Counted from the first letter of the stretch, positions 36,450 through 47,611 are shown. The stretch: DNA of 64,000 nt from Candidatus Omnitrophota bacterium (GCA_050250375.1 JBFWOS010000002.1:282980-346979), one strand, 5' to 3'. Translations and numbers: made by a program. The notes: generated by a model from the sequence alone, not told the origin.

Positions 36450-37415
36450 TTAACGATCCGGTTTCCGGGAAAGGATTATTGAATTAATATCGTCAGCCAG
36501 TTTTTCAGAAATGACTTTTGCTCCAAGGATATTGGTGTGCTGGAAGTCATAAAAATTGTTTTGATTGTTTGTCATTGGATGGCTGAAGTAATTTAGATAT
36601 GGAAGGTTGTTTTCCCTGGCGATTTCTTCATACGCCGACAGGATTTCGTCTTTGTTGGTAAATAATTCCCTGCCTTCGACGTACATGGGGGCCGTGACGA
36701 GAATAAGTTTAATATTGTTTTCACGGCACGTTCGGATCAGCATTTTTAAATTTTCAAGTCCTTCGGTAGATAAAGCCCCGGTAATCCCGTCTTTATGCAT
36801 GTTTTTAAATTGCTGAATATCAAGATTCCAAAACGAATAGACCGGAAGATAACCATTTATCCGCGTGTCCGAAGGATTGGGGGCGAACAAATCATCCACG
36901 ATATTTAAAGACCTTCTTATCCTGAAATAAGAAAACCCGTACAGCGGGAGCAGTTTGGCCTTTACAAAGATGTCTTTATTTTCTGTTTGCCGTAATGCGG
37001 AATACAACTCAATTTCATTCAGGAACGGGACAAATTGGAGAGGATTCGAAGGCGTTGACAATTCGAGCGTACTTCGCCCGAGGACCTGGATCAGGACTTT
37101 GGGGTGTTTGTTGTACTTTAGCAATAATCTAAGCCGGGCCAGCTGAATATCAATCAGATTTCCATTAACCGAAAGGTTGAAACAGGACAGCTGTGTGACA
37201 GCGCTGATGACCCGGCAATCATAAGCAGTTAACGCCCTGGAATCACCTGAAATAACCAGATCCGCATTGATCGTTCCATGAACGACTTTATTCCATATTC
37301 CGATCTCTTCATTATCAAATCGCCGGAAGGCTGAAAGGAAGCCGTAGTGGATCATGAAAGCAATCCCGCTAAACACGGCCATAAACAAGATGACTTTAAT
37401 AATATTGTTTTTCAT
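36450..37415 (-). CDS. SGNH-like periplasmic protein (DltD/AlgJ-type MBOAT partner)
   Basis: N-terminal TM, GDSR block I, FYD..H.N..GA catalytic block; follows the MBOAT gene. Confidence 0.7.
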   Translation of the reverse strand: MKNNIIKVILFMAVFSGIAFMIHYGFLSAFRRFDNEEIGIWNKVVHGTINADLVISGDSRALTAYDCRVISAVTQLSCFNLSVNGNLIDIQLARLRLLLKYNKHPKVLIQVLGRSTLELSTPSNPLQFVPFLNEIELYSALRQTENKDIFVKAKLLPLYGFSYFRIRRSLNIVDDLFAPNPSDTRINGYLPVYSFWNLDIQQFKNMHKDGITGALSTEGLENLKMLIRTCRENNIKLILVTAPMYVEGRELFTNKDEILSAYEEIARENNLPYLNYFSHPMTNNQNNFYDFQHTNILGAKVISEKLADDINSIILSRKPDR

Positions 37416-37422
37416 TTTGACC

Positions 37423-38847
37423 TTAAAACTGAAAATAAATAAATTGGGTGGTATCGAAGATCCCCCAGAATATGCTTAATAACAACAGAACATAATAGGC
37501 CGGCCAACGGAACCAAACGGGCCATTTCGATATCAATTTTCTCAGGCCGGTCCTTTCCTGGATTATTTGGACCGTTATTAATAACGCAATCAAGAATAGA
37601 TTGGTTATGATCGTACGGTTATTGACATGATAGAGTGGAATTTCAAAAAGGTTCTTTATCAGTAAACCCGCATCAGAGATTGAATTGGCCCTAAAAAAGA
37701 TCCAGGCAAAACACACCAGATTGAATGTGACCAGAATGCGGATTCCTTTCCCTAAACGTAATTCGGGTTTCAGAGAGTATTTATTTAGGAAATAGTCTTG
37801 AATATATTTTTTGAACCGGGAACTGAGCATATAAATGCCATGCAGAAAACCCTAGACAAAGAATGTCCAGTTCGCTCCGTGCCAGATTCCGCTCAACAAG
37901 AAGACGACCAGTATATTCCGGGCCCAAAGAAGAACCGGAACACGATTTCCGCCCAGCGGAAAATACAGGTATTCTTTAAACCAGGTGGATAAAGATATAT
38001 GCCAGCGTTTCCAGAACTCCGGGATTGACTGAGCCAGGTACGGTCTTTTGAAATTTTCCATGAGTTCATAACCCATCACCTGGGCACTCCCGATTGCGAT
38101 GTCGGAGTATCCGGAGAAATCACAATAGATCTGAAAGGCAAAAAAATAAGTCGCGATCAGAATGTAATAACCATGACCTCCCGCGGGGTTGTTGTAAACA
38201 TAATTAACAAAATAGGCCAGCCGGTCGGCGATTACTATTTTTTTAAATAATCCCCATAAAATGAGTTTGAGGCCATCTGTCACGCGCTGGTAATCGACAT
38301 GATTTTTTTTATAAAGCTGGGGCAGGAGATGGGTGGATCGTTCAATGGGGCCGGCAACCAGTTGCGGGAAAAAGGCGATATAAAGGGCAAAAAGGCCAAG
38401 ATGTTTTTCAGCCGGCCTCTTTCCGGAATAGACATCAATGGTGTAACTCAATGATTGAAACGTGTAGAAAGATATTCCGACCGGCAGAAGAACCTTAAAC
38501 GACGGGACATTATAAAAAATATTGAAATGGCTGAAAAGTTCCCGGAATGAAGCATTAAAGAAATTGTAGTATTTGAAGGCAAATAAGACGCCTAAATTGC
38601 AGATAATGCTGAGAGTAAGGAGATGTTTTGCGTGCGTCCTGTTTTTTGCTTCGGCCATGGATAGGCCGATGTAATAATCAATCAGCGTGGATAAGATGAT
38701 CAGGACGACATACTCCGGCTTCCAGCACATGTAAAAATAATAACTGCTCAGCAGCAGCCACGGCCAGCGGAAGCGAAAAGGAAGGACAAAATAGACGAAC
38801 GCCACAACCGGAAAGAAGAGCAGGAATTCAAATGAATTAAATAACAT
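37423..38847 (-). pseudogene. MBOAT O-acyltransferase (AlgI/DltB family) with an in-frame TAG at 37852-37854
   Basis: MLFNS..F, LPVGISFYTFQ, FFPQLVAGPIER, DFSGYSD.AIG, FW.RWHISLS, SGIWHGANWTFFV*GFLHG; continues in frame to FIYFQF. Confidence 0.85.
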
Positions 38848-39075
38848 AATCCGTTAATAAGGTTCGGAGCAATAGACTTCCGGGTTTTAAATAACAGGGC
38901 ATGCGGGTTTAATTGTTCTGGAATGAGTCATGGACACAATATTAACAAAAAATGATGCCAATGACAATATCAATATCCGTGTTTAAACGAATATAAATCT
39001 ATACAATTCCAGGATAAACTGATATCGTACTTATTAAAAATCATATCCTTGACGCTGGTTTTCAGTGAAGATTGA

Positions 39076-40626
39076 ATGGTAAACTTCGCAGACAAAATGA
39101 AGAATCGGGAAAAGATAATTCTAGGAATACTGGCCCTGGGCAGTCTTCTGATCCGTTTAATGCTGGTCAGTAAGGGGCCTTTCAGTCACGAATCGTTAAA
39201 TCTGGCTTTAAAAGCCGAAATAACCCTCGCGACTCACCAGCTTCAATTTATATACGGCACCGGATATCCTTTGATGATGCTGATCACCTCGGGATTTATT
39301 CTATTCGCAAAACTGTTTAATATTCAAGATCCGGTCCTGGCCTCAAATCTGCTGAGCGTAATTGGCAGCGCTTTCACTATTCCGGTGTTCTACATTCTTG
39401 TTAGGAAGATGTTCGATCAAACCACGGCCTTATTGAGTGCGGTCATGCTGTCGGTTTGTCCGATTTTCCTGGCGGTTTCTGTTTACGGATACGGCCATTC
39501 ATATGAACTTATTTTTTTATTCAGCGGTATGCTTTTTATTTTTCGGTTTCGAGATACACGCCGGACTTTAGATTTGATCCTAAGCGCCGTATGGCTTGGA
39601 TTGATGGGTGCGACCCGAATCCAGGATCTGATGCTGGCCATGCCGGCCGTATATTTTTTATTATTCGTCAGTGTCCGGCTTCCGAACGAGTTGTCGCACG
39701 ACCGGGAAAAGATCAGGATGGGAATAAAGAACCTTTTTATTTTTAGCGGAATCATCGTTCTGGTTATAGTCCTGTTTCACTGCCCGTACCTGCTGGGGAA
39801 AAATCGTCAGGCATATATCGAACAGTATTTGTCGTTTAAAAACGCCTCTTTTTCGGCCGAACATCAACAAAATTTTTTTCATTCGTTTCCATTTTATAAA
39901 CAATGGTTTATCCAGAGTTTTTCAGTGATCGGGGTTGTTGCTTTTTTACTGGGAATTCTCACGGTATTGTTTATCAACTGGCGAACGGGTGTTTTTTGCA
40001 TTTTATGGCTTATGGTGCCATTATTATTTTTCCTTAAGATCGACACGACCATACCCCGTTTGTTTGTGATCTTGCTTCCTCCGATGATTATGCTGATTTG
40101 TAATCTTTTCGCCCGGTATTTGAAAAAAGAAACGATATTGATGCGGGGCCTGAGTGCCGGAACGTTTCTGGTCGTCCTTTATTTGATGTTTATGGAAATT
40201 TATCCTGTGCTTAAATACCGGCACGAACACGCGCTGCTTCCGGAGTACGTCCAATGGGTCAAAAAGAATACCCCGGTGAATACACAGATGATACTTATGG
40301 ATGATTATTTGTTTTTTAAACATTATGGCCGGTTTGAGGTGTTGCCTCGGCCTGTGCCGGCGGGTGAAAAAACCAAGAAGCAAATGGAAGAATTTAAAAC
40401 AAAGATCGACCGGATGCTTGCTGCCAAAGTTCCCGTTTATACAACGGGAACGGGATTATACAGTTACAATCCCGGGAATGAATTTTCCAATTTTATGAAA
40501 ACGAATTATACCGTTGAGGAAGTCGGATCTTATTTGTACGAGGATTATCACAGCGGGGAACTGGTTAACGCCGTCTTTAAAAACCATCTGATACGCATTT
40601 CTTTTAAAACAGATCAAATGAACTGA
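39076..40626 (+). CDS. GT-C (ArnT/PMT, family 39-like) membrane glycosyltransferase
   Basis: About 12 TMs with GYP, R.MF, A.R motifs and a soluble C-terminal domain. Confidence 0.7.
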   Translation: MVNFADKMKNREKIILGILALGSLLIRLMLVSKGPFSHESLNLALKAEITLATHQLQFIYGTGYPLMMLITSGFILFAKLFNIQDPVLASNLLSVIGSAFTIPVFYILVRKMFDQTTALLSAVMLSVCPIFLAVSVYGYGHSYELIFLFSGMLFIFRFRDTRRTLDLILSAVWLGLMGATRIQDLMLAMPAVYFLLFVSVRLPNELSHDREKIRMGIKNLFIFSGIIVLVIVLFHCPYLLGKNRQAYIEQYLSFKNASFSAEHQQNFFHSFPFYKQWFIQSFSVIGVVAFLLGILTVLFINWRTGVFCILWLMVPLLFFLKIDTTIPRLFVILLPPMIMLICNLFARYLKKETILMRGLSAGTFLVVLYLMFMEIYPVLKYRHEHALLPEYVQWVKKNTPVNTQMILMDDYLFFKHYGRFEVLPRPVPAGEKTKKQMEEFKTKIDRMLAAKVPVYTTGTGLYSYNPGNEFSNFMKTNYTVEEVGSYLYEDYHSGELVNAVFKNHLIRISFKTDQMN

Positions 40627-40696
40627 AGAATTCTCCCATCAGAAGGAATGATTAACAAAATCACTTCGTTTAATTTATACCGGACTGGACGTTGGA

Positions 40697-41926
40697 TTAT
40701 TCGGCCTTGACCTGAGGCGTCTGTTTTTTAGGGAGAAGGTCTTTTTCAGTCAAATACTGATAAATATATTCCGCCATCCGTTGATTTCCTAGGGCTGTGA
40801 AATGGTATTCAGGCGCGAACAAAGGAACAAAGGACGCGGCGTTCCGTTTGTCGTATAAAAATGGATCGGTTATATCAATGTAATTCCATTTTTTATTCTC
40901 GAAAACTTTAAGAAACGGCTGATAATTTTTCAACTGATGTTTCTGCAGCCGCATGAGGTCCCCGGTACTCGGGATGATCACAATGACGGGAATCGCGCCG
41001 TCTTCCAGGATGCTTTTATAAAATGTTTCGAGAATTGCCACAGATACCTGGAAGATTTCGGAATCGGGGTCGTACATCGATTCTTGAGTGAAGATGTTAT
41101 CTTTGGGATTTATATATTGGGCGAAGAGGAGTTTTATCAGCCGAACGACGGCCATCTTGTCGGCAAAGTGCGGAACAGTCTGGTTTTGGAAATAAAAATC
41201 TTCTTGTCCCAATTTTCTGAGAAGCTGGCGTTCCTGGGTCAGAAATTGATGATAATCTTCGACGGCAGGAAGCGGATTTCCGATCAATTGAAGCCGACCT
41301 CCGGTCAATTTGTATCGCGGTTTTGTTAGTACAAAATCCGATTGTGGCAGAAAAAACGGCCGGTACACGGATCCGTGCCGGGTTGGATCTTCCGACATAA
41401 ATCCGATCAGAACAACCTGCGGATGAAATTTTCGGCCTTCCTGCAGGTAACGCAACAGCGCCTGGTCTACCCCGTAACCGCTCACCCCGAAGTTAAGGGT
41501 TTCCAGCCTCGGGTCCAGGGCATTCAGATATTCCTGCCAGGTTTCGTTATTATGGACTTCATCCCCGTGCGTAAAAGAGTCTCCGAAGGAAAGGATTCGA
41601 ATCTTATTTTCTTCAGGCGTTAAGGGATAATTATGGTCCGCGCGGATTCCCTGCGAATTGGCGCGGTAAAGTTCGGTTGACCCGTTCGGTTTGACCGACC
41701 AGCCAAGTCCCGGATGGTGAGTAATATATTTTTCTTCCTGATGTAGAATCTTGAGGACAATTTTCTTTTGAGGCGAAGTCAATGTCAGCCGGACTTGAGG
41801 GGCATAGACCAGATTCTTCCGGGACGCAAGAAAAAACAATCCCAGGCTGGATACGGCTTCCACCAGGAACACGAAGATGGCAACCGTTAAGGTCATAAAC
41901 AAGAATTTTTTAGACATGGGGAACAT
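40697..41926 (-). CDS. SGNH/GDSL hydrolase family membrane-anchored protein
   Basis: NSQG.R, FGDSFTHG, NFGVSGYG.DQ, H.T..GN. Confidence 0.82.
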   Translation of the reverse strand: MFPMSKKFLFMTLTVAIFVFLVEAVSSLGLFFLASRKNLVYAPQVRLTLTSPQKKIVLKILHQEEKYITHHPGLGWSVKPNGSTELYRANSQGIRADHNYPLTPEENKIRILSFGDSFTHGDEVHNNETWQEYLNALDPRLETLNFGVSGYGVDQALLRYLQEGRKFHPQVVLIGFMSEDPTRHGSVYRPFFLPQSDFVLTKPRYKLTGGRLQLIGNPLPAVEDYHQFLTQERQLLRKLGQEDFYFQNQTVPHFADKMAVVRLIKLLFAQYINPKDNIFTQESMYDPDSEIFQVSVAILETFYKSILEDGAIPVIVIIPSTGDLMRLQKHQLKNYQPFLKVFENKKWNYIDITDPFLYDKRNAASFVPLFAPEYHFTALGNQRMAEYIYQYLTEKDLLPKKQTPQVKAE

Positions 41927-41946
41927 TTGTATGTTTAAATAAAAGA

Positions 41947-44415
41947 CTAGTCAGAAACAAAAATCAAGGACAGATAAAGACCCGCCGCAATCAGGATAAA
42001 CCAGCTGAATCCGAACATCATGGACATGTAGATGCTGACGGCGCTTCCTACCGTGCTCATATACCCGTTGAGGCCCCACGCCCATGGCACCAGATCATTG
42101 TTTTCCGCCGCGAGTTTTTTCAGTCCCTGCGGAAACATCATGCCCAGGCACATCCCCAGCGGCAATAGAATTAAGAAAGTGATGCCCAGTTTCAGGGCAA
42201 AACTGATTCCGAGAAAATGATTGAGGACGAAAGGCATCAGGAAAAAATAACCGACCAGTAATAAACTGCACATGACCGCTGATTTACGGATACTCAGAAT
42301 TCCTTTTTCAAACAGGCCATTGGACATATACGAACCGATTCCCGTTGAGGCCAACAGGCTGGCCAGGATCAGCGTGAAAGAATATATGGGATTGCCCAGA
42401 AAAAGAATAAATTTATTCATCATGGCGATTTCAATCAGGATAAACCCGACCCCCAAGATGGAGAAATAATATAGATAGGGAAGGGCGCTTTTGATCATTG
42501 TGATTTGCCGGGTCAGGATCAGCGGCAGGATAATCAGGACGAACGCCGCCAGGATTAAGAAAACGATGAACCAGAAAGTGTACAGGTTCAGCGAATACTG
42601 CTTGGTCGATTCCCGCTGGGCGATTTTATCCAGATTCATCCAGAAATCTTTGGAGAAAATGATCATCGGGTAAAACATGTTTTCGATGAACGGTTTGTCA
42701 TCGGAAGAAATGGTCAAATCGATTTTATTCAGCCGGCTCAGGTCTTTCATGGTCTGGTCGGTATTTCGCGAGCGGATTACGTCCGTGTATATGGTGTAAT
42801 CGGGATGGATATAATCTGGCGTGTAGATAATCTCCAGATCATGGCTCAGGGCGTTCTGAACGACGGTTTTCAGTTCTTGGGATGAGAATGGAGAATTCTT
42901 AAAGAAGATGATCTGGTTGTTTAAGGAGCTGTAAATGCCCTTGCTAAACAATTGCGTATAGATATCTGATTTGCGTTCCAAAATAAGAATATGTTCCGCA
43001 AAATTTTTGTGTCCGAGTTCTTCAAAGGCCTTTTTCATGACCGCCGCCAGCCGGAGTTTATTGGAATTGACAATACTGATCGTGCCGTTCGGTTTTAAAT
43101 GATTCATGACGCTTTTCATCGCTTCGGTGGTATATAGAAACCGCCCTGTATAGCCGGATGTACCCAGATAATTGGAAAATGACGCCCCGGCCCAGGAATA
43201 CACGATCGCATCATACGTTTGGGCGTTTGATTCCAGAAAGTTCCGTCCTTCCTGGATATGGATGTGGATATTGTCTTTGGCGAAAAATTGTTTTAAATGA
43301 AATTCCGGCAGACTGACGGCGGTGTTGACAATCAGCGGATTTAATTCAACCCCGGTGATATCCGTTTGTCCCCGGGAAAAGCTGTTGGCCTGGATCATGT
43401 CAATGCCGGCACCGACAAACATAATCAGCATATTCTGGGGAGTATTCAGCAAATAAGGCAATGAAACAGGAGTGAACGTATCGTGAATGTTGATGTTAAA
43501 CGGATTGTCCGCATCATAGGCGAACAAATGGGCATTTCCGCTGCCGCCATCAATGCTGAACATATGCCGGGTATGGTCTTCATTTCTCTTTTTATGCCGG
43601 ATCAACGACAGACGGGAATATTCGTTCCAGCTGTGCCAGAGTTCTTCCACGTCATCTTCCATTTTATAATCAAGGACCGACAAATGCGGGTTATGGTTAA
43701 ATTCAAGAAAGGATGTTTTTTTATTTAAATAAATCGTAAACGCGGACATCACCAGAATCAGGATGGTCAGGTATCTTGAATATTTTGCCTTTGGGGCATC
43801 TTTGAGGATGATCAGGGGCAGGAGGGCAGACAAAAAACACATCACCAGCGGGATTGAACTGAACTGGACATATTTGATCATGACATTGCCGAGTATGCAT
43901 CCCGTCGAGGCGCCCAGCAAATCAAACAGGTATATCTTGGGTGCTTGTTGTGAATGCATTTTGTACAAATAGGACATGGCCGCCCCCAGAAAGAAAAAAC
44001 AGATCGAGATGAAAAGTCCGTAATAAAGTGAGTTCAGGATAATATCAACCAGGATAAAATCCAGCAACTGCGAAAAGCCAACGGTGCTGGTGGTCGTGCT
44101 GAAAAAATTGCTTTTTTGCCCCCCGAAGTATCTTGAAATCTTGACGCCGTACAGGGCGTAGAAGAGCAGGGACAGGTTAAACGCATGGAACAGGCCGGCC
44201 AGATAGACCGGGGACATGCGGTTTTGTTTTTTATTGAAATAGATAAATGTAAACACTCCGGCGGAACTTAACCCCAGGAAGGCGAACGATATCGCGTAGA
44301 AAGGCAGTTGGACCAGAAAACGCAGCAAGGAGGACAGATAAATCTGCAAAGACAGAATAAAAAAACTTAAACTGAATATGAGAATATACACGGACCGTCC
44401 CGAATGTGATTTCAT
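41947..44415 (-). CDS. Membrane protein with central spermidine-synthase-like SAM-binding domain (start uncertain, 44415-44532)
   Basis: TM blocks around VGAG.D, GVELNP, EGRNFL, YDAI; GVGFILIE, PLG..LG..FP.G, WAWGLNG. Confidence 0.8.
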   Translation of the reverse strand: MKSHSGRSVYILIFSLSFFILSLQIYLSSLLRFLVQLPFYAISFAFLGLSSAGVFTFIYFNKKQNRMSPVYLAGLFHAFNLSLLFYALYGVKISRYFGGQKSNFFSTTTSTVGFSQLLDFILVDIILNSLYYGLFISICFFFLGAAMSYLYKMHSQQAPKIYLFDLLGASTGCILGNVMIKYVQFSSIPLVMCFLSALLPLIILKDAPKAKYSRYLTILILVMSAFTIYLNKKTSFLEFNHNPHLSVLDYKMEDDVEELWHSWNEYSRLSLIRHKKRNEDHTRHMFSIDGGSGNAHLFAYDADNPFNINIHDTFTPVSLPYLLNTPQNMLIMFVGAGIDMIQANSFSRGQTDITGVELNPLIVNTAVSLPEFHLKQFFAKDNIHIHIQEGRNFLESNAQTYDAIVYSWAGASFSNYLGTSGYTGRFLYTTEAMKSVMNHLKPNGTISIVNSNKLRLAAVMKKAFEELGHKNFAEHILILERKSDIYTQLFSKGIYSSLNNQIIFFKNSPFSSQELKTVVQNALSHDLEIIYTPDYIHPDYTIYTDVIRSRNTDQTMKDLSRLNKIDLTISSDDKPFIENMFYPMIIFSKDFWMNLDKIAQRESTKQYSLNLYTFWFIVFLILAAFVLIILPLILTRQITMIKSALPYLYYFSILGVGFILIEIAMMNKFILFLGNPIYSFTLILASLLASTGIGSYMSNGLFEKGILSIRKSAVMCSLLLVGYFFLMPFVLNHFLGISFALKLGITFLILLPLGMCLGMMFPQGLKKLAAENNDLVPWAWGLNGYMSTVGSAVSIYMSMMFGFSWFILIAAGLYLSLIFVSD

Positions 44416-44525
44416 ATTGAGAAATTCTAACAGAAAGCGGATATTGAAACAACTGATTTTACCCTTTGGTCGAGAGTCAGCCATTTGGTTTTTTATCATC
44501 GTCCGGATCAATTGCAGATATGGTA

Positions 44526-44554
44526 TTGACAAGGAAAAGGCCGGATTGTAACAT
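44526..44554 (+). promoter_or_regulatory. sigma70-type promoter
   Basis: TTGACA-17 bp-TAACAT, 30 bp upstream of the 44585 start. Confidence 0.55.
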
Positions 44555-44584
44555 AAGTTTTGAATTAAATCCCGAAGGAATCGT

Positions 44585-45496
44585 ATGCCGTTAAAAATCG
44601 CTATTTCCGGTTCGACCGGTCTGGTCGGGACCGCGGTTTCCGGTCATTTTAAAGCCCAGAATGCCGAGATCATCCCGGTTGTCCGGTCTGTCAGCCAGGC
44701 CTCTTCGGCCGCCAAAACAATTGTCATGGACATCAAACACCAGACGATTGACACCAAAGGGCTGGAAGGCCTGGACGCGGTCATCCATCTGGCCGGCGCG
44801 AATATTGCCGGTCAACGCTGGGATGACGCATACAAAACCGAGATTTTATTGAGCCGGGTGGAGAGCACCAAACTGATTTCAAACGCCCTGGCCAGGGTCG
44901 AGGAGCCGCCCAAGGTATTTATCTGCGCGTCGGCGATCGGCTGGTACGGTAACGGCGGAGCAGACAAGGAGTTTGTTGAGTCGGATCTGCCGGCCATGGA
45001 TTTTTTAGGTGATGTCTGCCATCAGTGGGAGACGGCCACCCAAACCGCCCGGGAACGGGGGATACGGGTCGTCACCCTGCGTATCGGCGCGGTACTCAGC
45101 AGAAAAGGCGGGGCGGTCGAAAAGATGTGGGTACCGTTCAGCCTGGGTTTAGGCGGAAGGCTCGGTGACGGAAAACAGATGTTCAGCTGGATCGCGCTGG
45201 ATGAGATTCCATTAATCATTGATTTTATTATCCGTAACGAACTGATCCTGGGGCCGGTCAATGTGACGGCGCCTAACCCGGTCACCAACGCGGAATTTAC
45301 CAGGGTGTTCGGCAAGGTGATCAAACGTCCGGTGATTTTTCCGGTTCCGGCGTTCGGGGCGCGGCTGATGTTCGGGGAGATGGCGGACGCGCTTCTTCTC
45401 AACGGGGCCAGGGTCGTTCCGAAGAAATTGACGGACGCCGGTTACAAATTTAAATATGATCAAGTGGAAGCCGCGTTAAGGGCCAGCCTGAAATAA
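44585..45496 (+). CDS. TIGR01777/YfcH family NAD-dependent epimerase
   Basis: SGSTGLVG, IHLAGANI..RW, SR..ST, SAIG.YG, G.G.Q..SWI, GPVN..APNPVTN. Confidence 0.92.
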   Translation: MPLKIAISGSTGLVGTAVSGHFKAQNAEIIPVVRSVSQASSAAKTIVMDIKHQTIDTKGLEGLDAVIHLAGANIAGQRWDDAYKTEILLSRVESTKLISNALARVEEPPKVFICASAIGWYGNGGADKEFVESDLPAMDFLGDVCHQWETATQTARERGIRVVTLRIGAVLSRKGGAVEKMWVPFSLGLGGRLGDGKQMFSWIALDEIPLIIDFIIRNELILGPVNVTAPNPVTNAEFTRVFGKVIKRPVIFPVPAFGARLMFGEMADALLLNGARVVPKKLTDAGYKFKYDQVEAALRASLK

Positions 45497-45532
45497 TTTA
45501 TAGTTCCCCCATTTTTTGTGTTCAGGTATATA

Positions 45533-45832
45533 ATGATCGATGACGTAACAACCCATGTGCATGTTTTGACGGTCCGGCTGCATATCCCGCAGGCCCGGTC
45601 CTTAAAAGACAAACGGATGGTCGTCAAGAGCCTCAAGGCGCAGATCCGTAACAAATTTAATGTGTCCATCGCTGAACTGGATGCGCTGGACAAGTGGCAG
45701 GTCGCCATCCTCGGGGTTGCGATGATCGGCAATGAAAACCGGCTTTTGCATTCAACAGCCCAGAATATAATCTCGTTTATCGAACGGTTCGGCCTCGCCG
45801 ATCTTTGTGAAACCAACATACAGGAATACTGA
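45533..45832 (+). CDS. DUF503 family protein
   Basis: SLKDKR.VVKSL, FNVSIAE....D.WQ...LG. Confidence 0.88.
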   Translation: MIDDVTTHVHVLTVRLHIPQARSLKDKRMVVKSLKAQIRNKFNVSIAELDALDKWQVAILGVAMIGNENRLLHSTAQNIISFIERFGLADLCETNIQEY

Positions 45833-45834
45833 GC

Positions 45835-47508
45835 ATGTCTTATTTAGTTTTAGCCCGCAAACACCGCCCCCAGACATTCAAGGATGTCATCGGACAGGAA
45901 CATATAACGGATTTGTTGGTGAAGGGGATTGGGTCCGGCCGGATCGCGCATGCCTATCTGTTCAGCGGTCCGCGCGGGATCGGCAAGACCACCTGCGCGC
46001 GCATCCTGGCCATGTGCCTGAACTGTGAAGGCGGACCGCTGTCGACCCCTCCGCCGGACAGCCCGATTTGCCGGGAGATCGCCGAAGGGCGCAGCTTTGA
46101 TGTGCTCGAGATCGATGGTGCCTCCAACCGCGGGATTGATGAGGTCAGGGCCTTACGGGAAAACGTCAAGTTCGCCCCGGCCCAGGGCCGTTACAAGATT
46201 TATATTGTGGACGAGGTCCACATGCTGACCACCGAGGCGTTCAACGCGCTGTTAAAGACGCTGGAAGAGCCGCCTGAACACGCCAAATTTATTTTTGCCA
46301 CCACCGAACCGAACAAAGTCCCCCCGACGATTATCTCCCGCTGCCAGCGGTTTGATTTCAAACGCATCCCGGTCAACATGATTGTTGCCGGCCTGAAAGA
46401 AGTCAGCCGCAAGGAAAAATATAATATTGACGAGAACGCCTTGTTTTCAATCGCCAAGGCCGCGCAGGGCAGCCTGCGCGACGCGTTGAGTATTCTCGAT
46501 CAGCTGAGCGCGCTGGGCAATGACGGGATCAGGGAAGAGGATGTCTATTCGATGCTCGGGCTGGTGGAGGTCCAGTGGCTGTTTGATCTGGTGGATGAGG
46601 TTGCCGCGAAGAACTGCGCCAACGCGTTAAGGATTTTGGATGAGATCATCAACAAGGGAAAAGACGTCAAACAGCTGGTCAAGGACCTCACGGAACATTT
46701 CCGGAATCTGCTGGTGATTAACATCGGCGGGAAGACGTTGGGGAAACTCGTGGATTATCCGGTGAATGTCAAAGAAATGATCCTGGAACAGTCGCAGCGT
46801 TTTACATTGCAGGAGATCCTGGAAGCGATCGACACGCTGATCGAGACCCAGGAGACATCCAGGATAACAGAATCTGTCCGCATGCCGCTTGAGGTCGCGC
46901 TGGCCAAATTGACTTACAGCGGATCGGCGGCGGTAACACCGGCGCGTAAAAATGACGCGCCTGTCCAGAACAAACCGTCCGTCAGGCCGGAAACCAGGAC
47001 AGAGCCCAAGCCGCATGTCAATCCGGCCCAGGTTTTAAAGAGCAACAAAGGCAGTATGGATTTCAGCATCAAACCCTCCCTGGGCGTTCCGGACGAGCCG
47101 GCAGCCGCTGAAGAGGCGTTGACCGAACCGGCCCCGGCGGTGTTAAACACGCTTTCGCCGGAGAAGGATTTGGACCATATCCAGAAAGTCTGGGACATTC
47201 TGACATCGGCGGTGAGTAAAGAAAAGATGTCGGTGGCCACCTATCTGCAGGAAGGCATGCCGTCCAGGATCAGCGGGGATGTTTTGTTCATCGGTTTTCC
47301 GCCGCACTGCGGATTCCAAAAGGAAGTCCTGGAAGGCAAAGACAATACCCTGCTGATTGAACGGATTTTCAGCGACCGGCTCAAAGCAAAGGTCGTCGTC
47401 CGTTTTGAATTTATTGAAGTGATCAAAGAGGCCGCGGTCGACCCGAAGGTTCAATCGGCGCTCGACGCGTTCAACGGGAAGGTCGTTAACCGCTGGCATA
47501 ATGAATAG
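45835..47508 (+). CDS. dnaX: DNA polymerase III subunit gamma/tau
   Basis: YLVLARK.RP, GPRGIGKTT, EIDGASN, DEVHML, ISRCQ, GSLRDA. Confidence 0.97.
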   Translation: MSYLVLARKHRPQTFKDVIGQEHITDLLVKGIGSGRIAHAYLFSGPRGIGKTTCARILAMCLNCEGGPLSTPPPDSPICREIAEGRSFDVLEIDGASNRGIDEVRALRENVKFAPAQGRYKIYIVDEVHMLTTEAFNALLKTLEEPPEHAKFIFATTEPNKVPPTIISRCQRFDFKRIPVNMIVAGLKEVSRKEKYNIDENALFSIAKAAQGSLRDALSILDQLSALGNDGIREEDVYSMLGLVEVQWLFDLVDEVAAKNCANALRILDEIINKGKDVKQLVKDLTEHFRNLLVINIGGKTLGKLVDYPVNVKEMILEQSQRFTLQEILEAIDTLIETQETSRITESVRMPLEVALAKLTYSGSAAVTPARKNDAPVQNKPSVRPETRTEPKPHVNPAQVLKSNKGSMDFSIKPSLGVPDEPAAAEEALTEPAPAVLNTLSPEKDLDHIQKVWDILTSAVSKEKMSVATYLQEGMPSRISGDVLFIGFPPHCGFQKEVLEGKDNTLLIERIFSDRLKAKVVVRFEFIEVIKEAAVDPKVQSALDAFNGKVVNRWHNE

Positions 47509-47574
47509 AGTAAAGAATGAAGAAGAAAGTAGGAAGCAGGAGAAGAGAGAGAAATTTTTTTTTGATGAAACGGG

Positions 47575-47611
47575 TCATCACACAGATCACTCATCACGGA
47601 TCACGGATCAC
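47575..47611. repeat. Short heptamer-like tandem repeat (nnATCAC)
   Basis: TCATCAC, AGATCAC, TCATCAC, GGATCAC, GGATCAC between dnaX and recR. Confidence 0.6.

Noticed and set aside
37852-37854. Genome-wide TAG recoding or pyrrolysine readthrough
   Set aside because: TAG ends many intact genes here (6014, 8214, 23339, 32089, 34299, 47508, 48216), and the codon replaces a conserved TGG.
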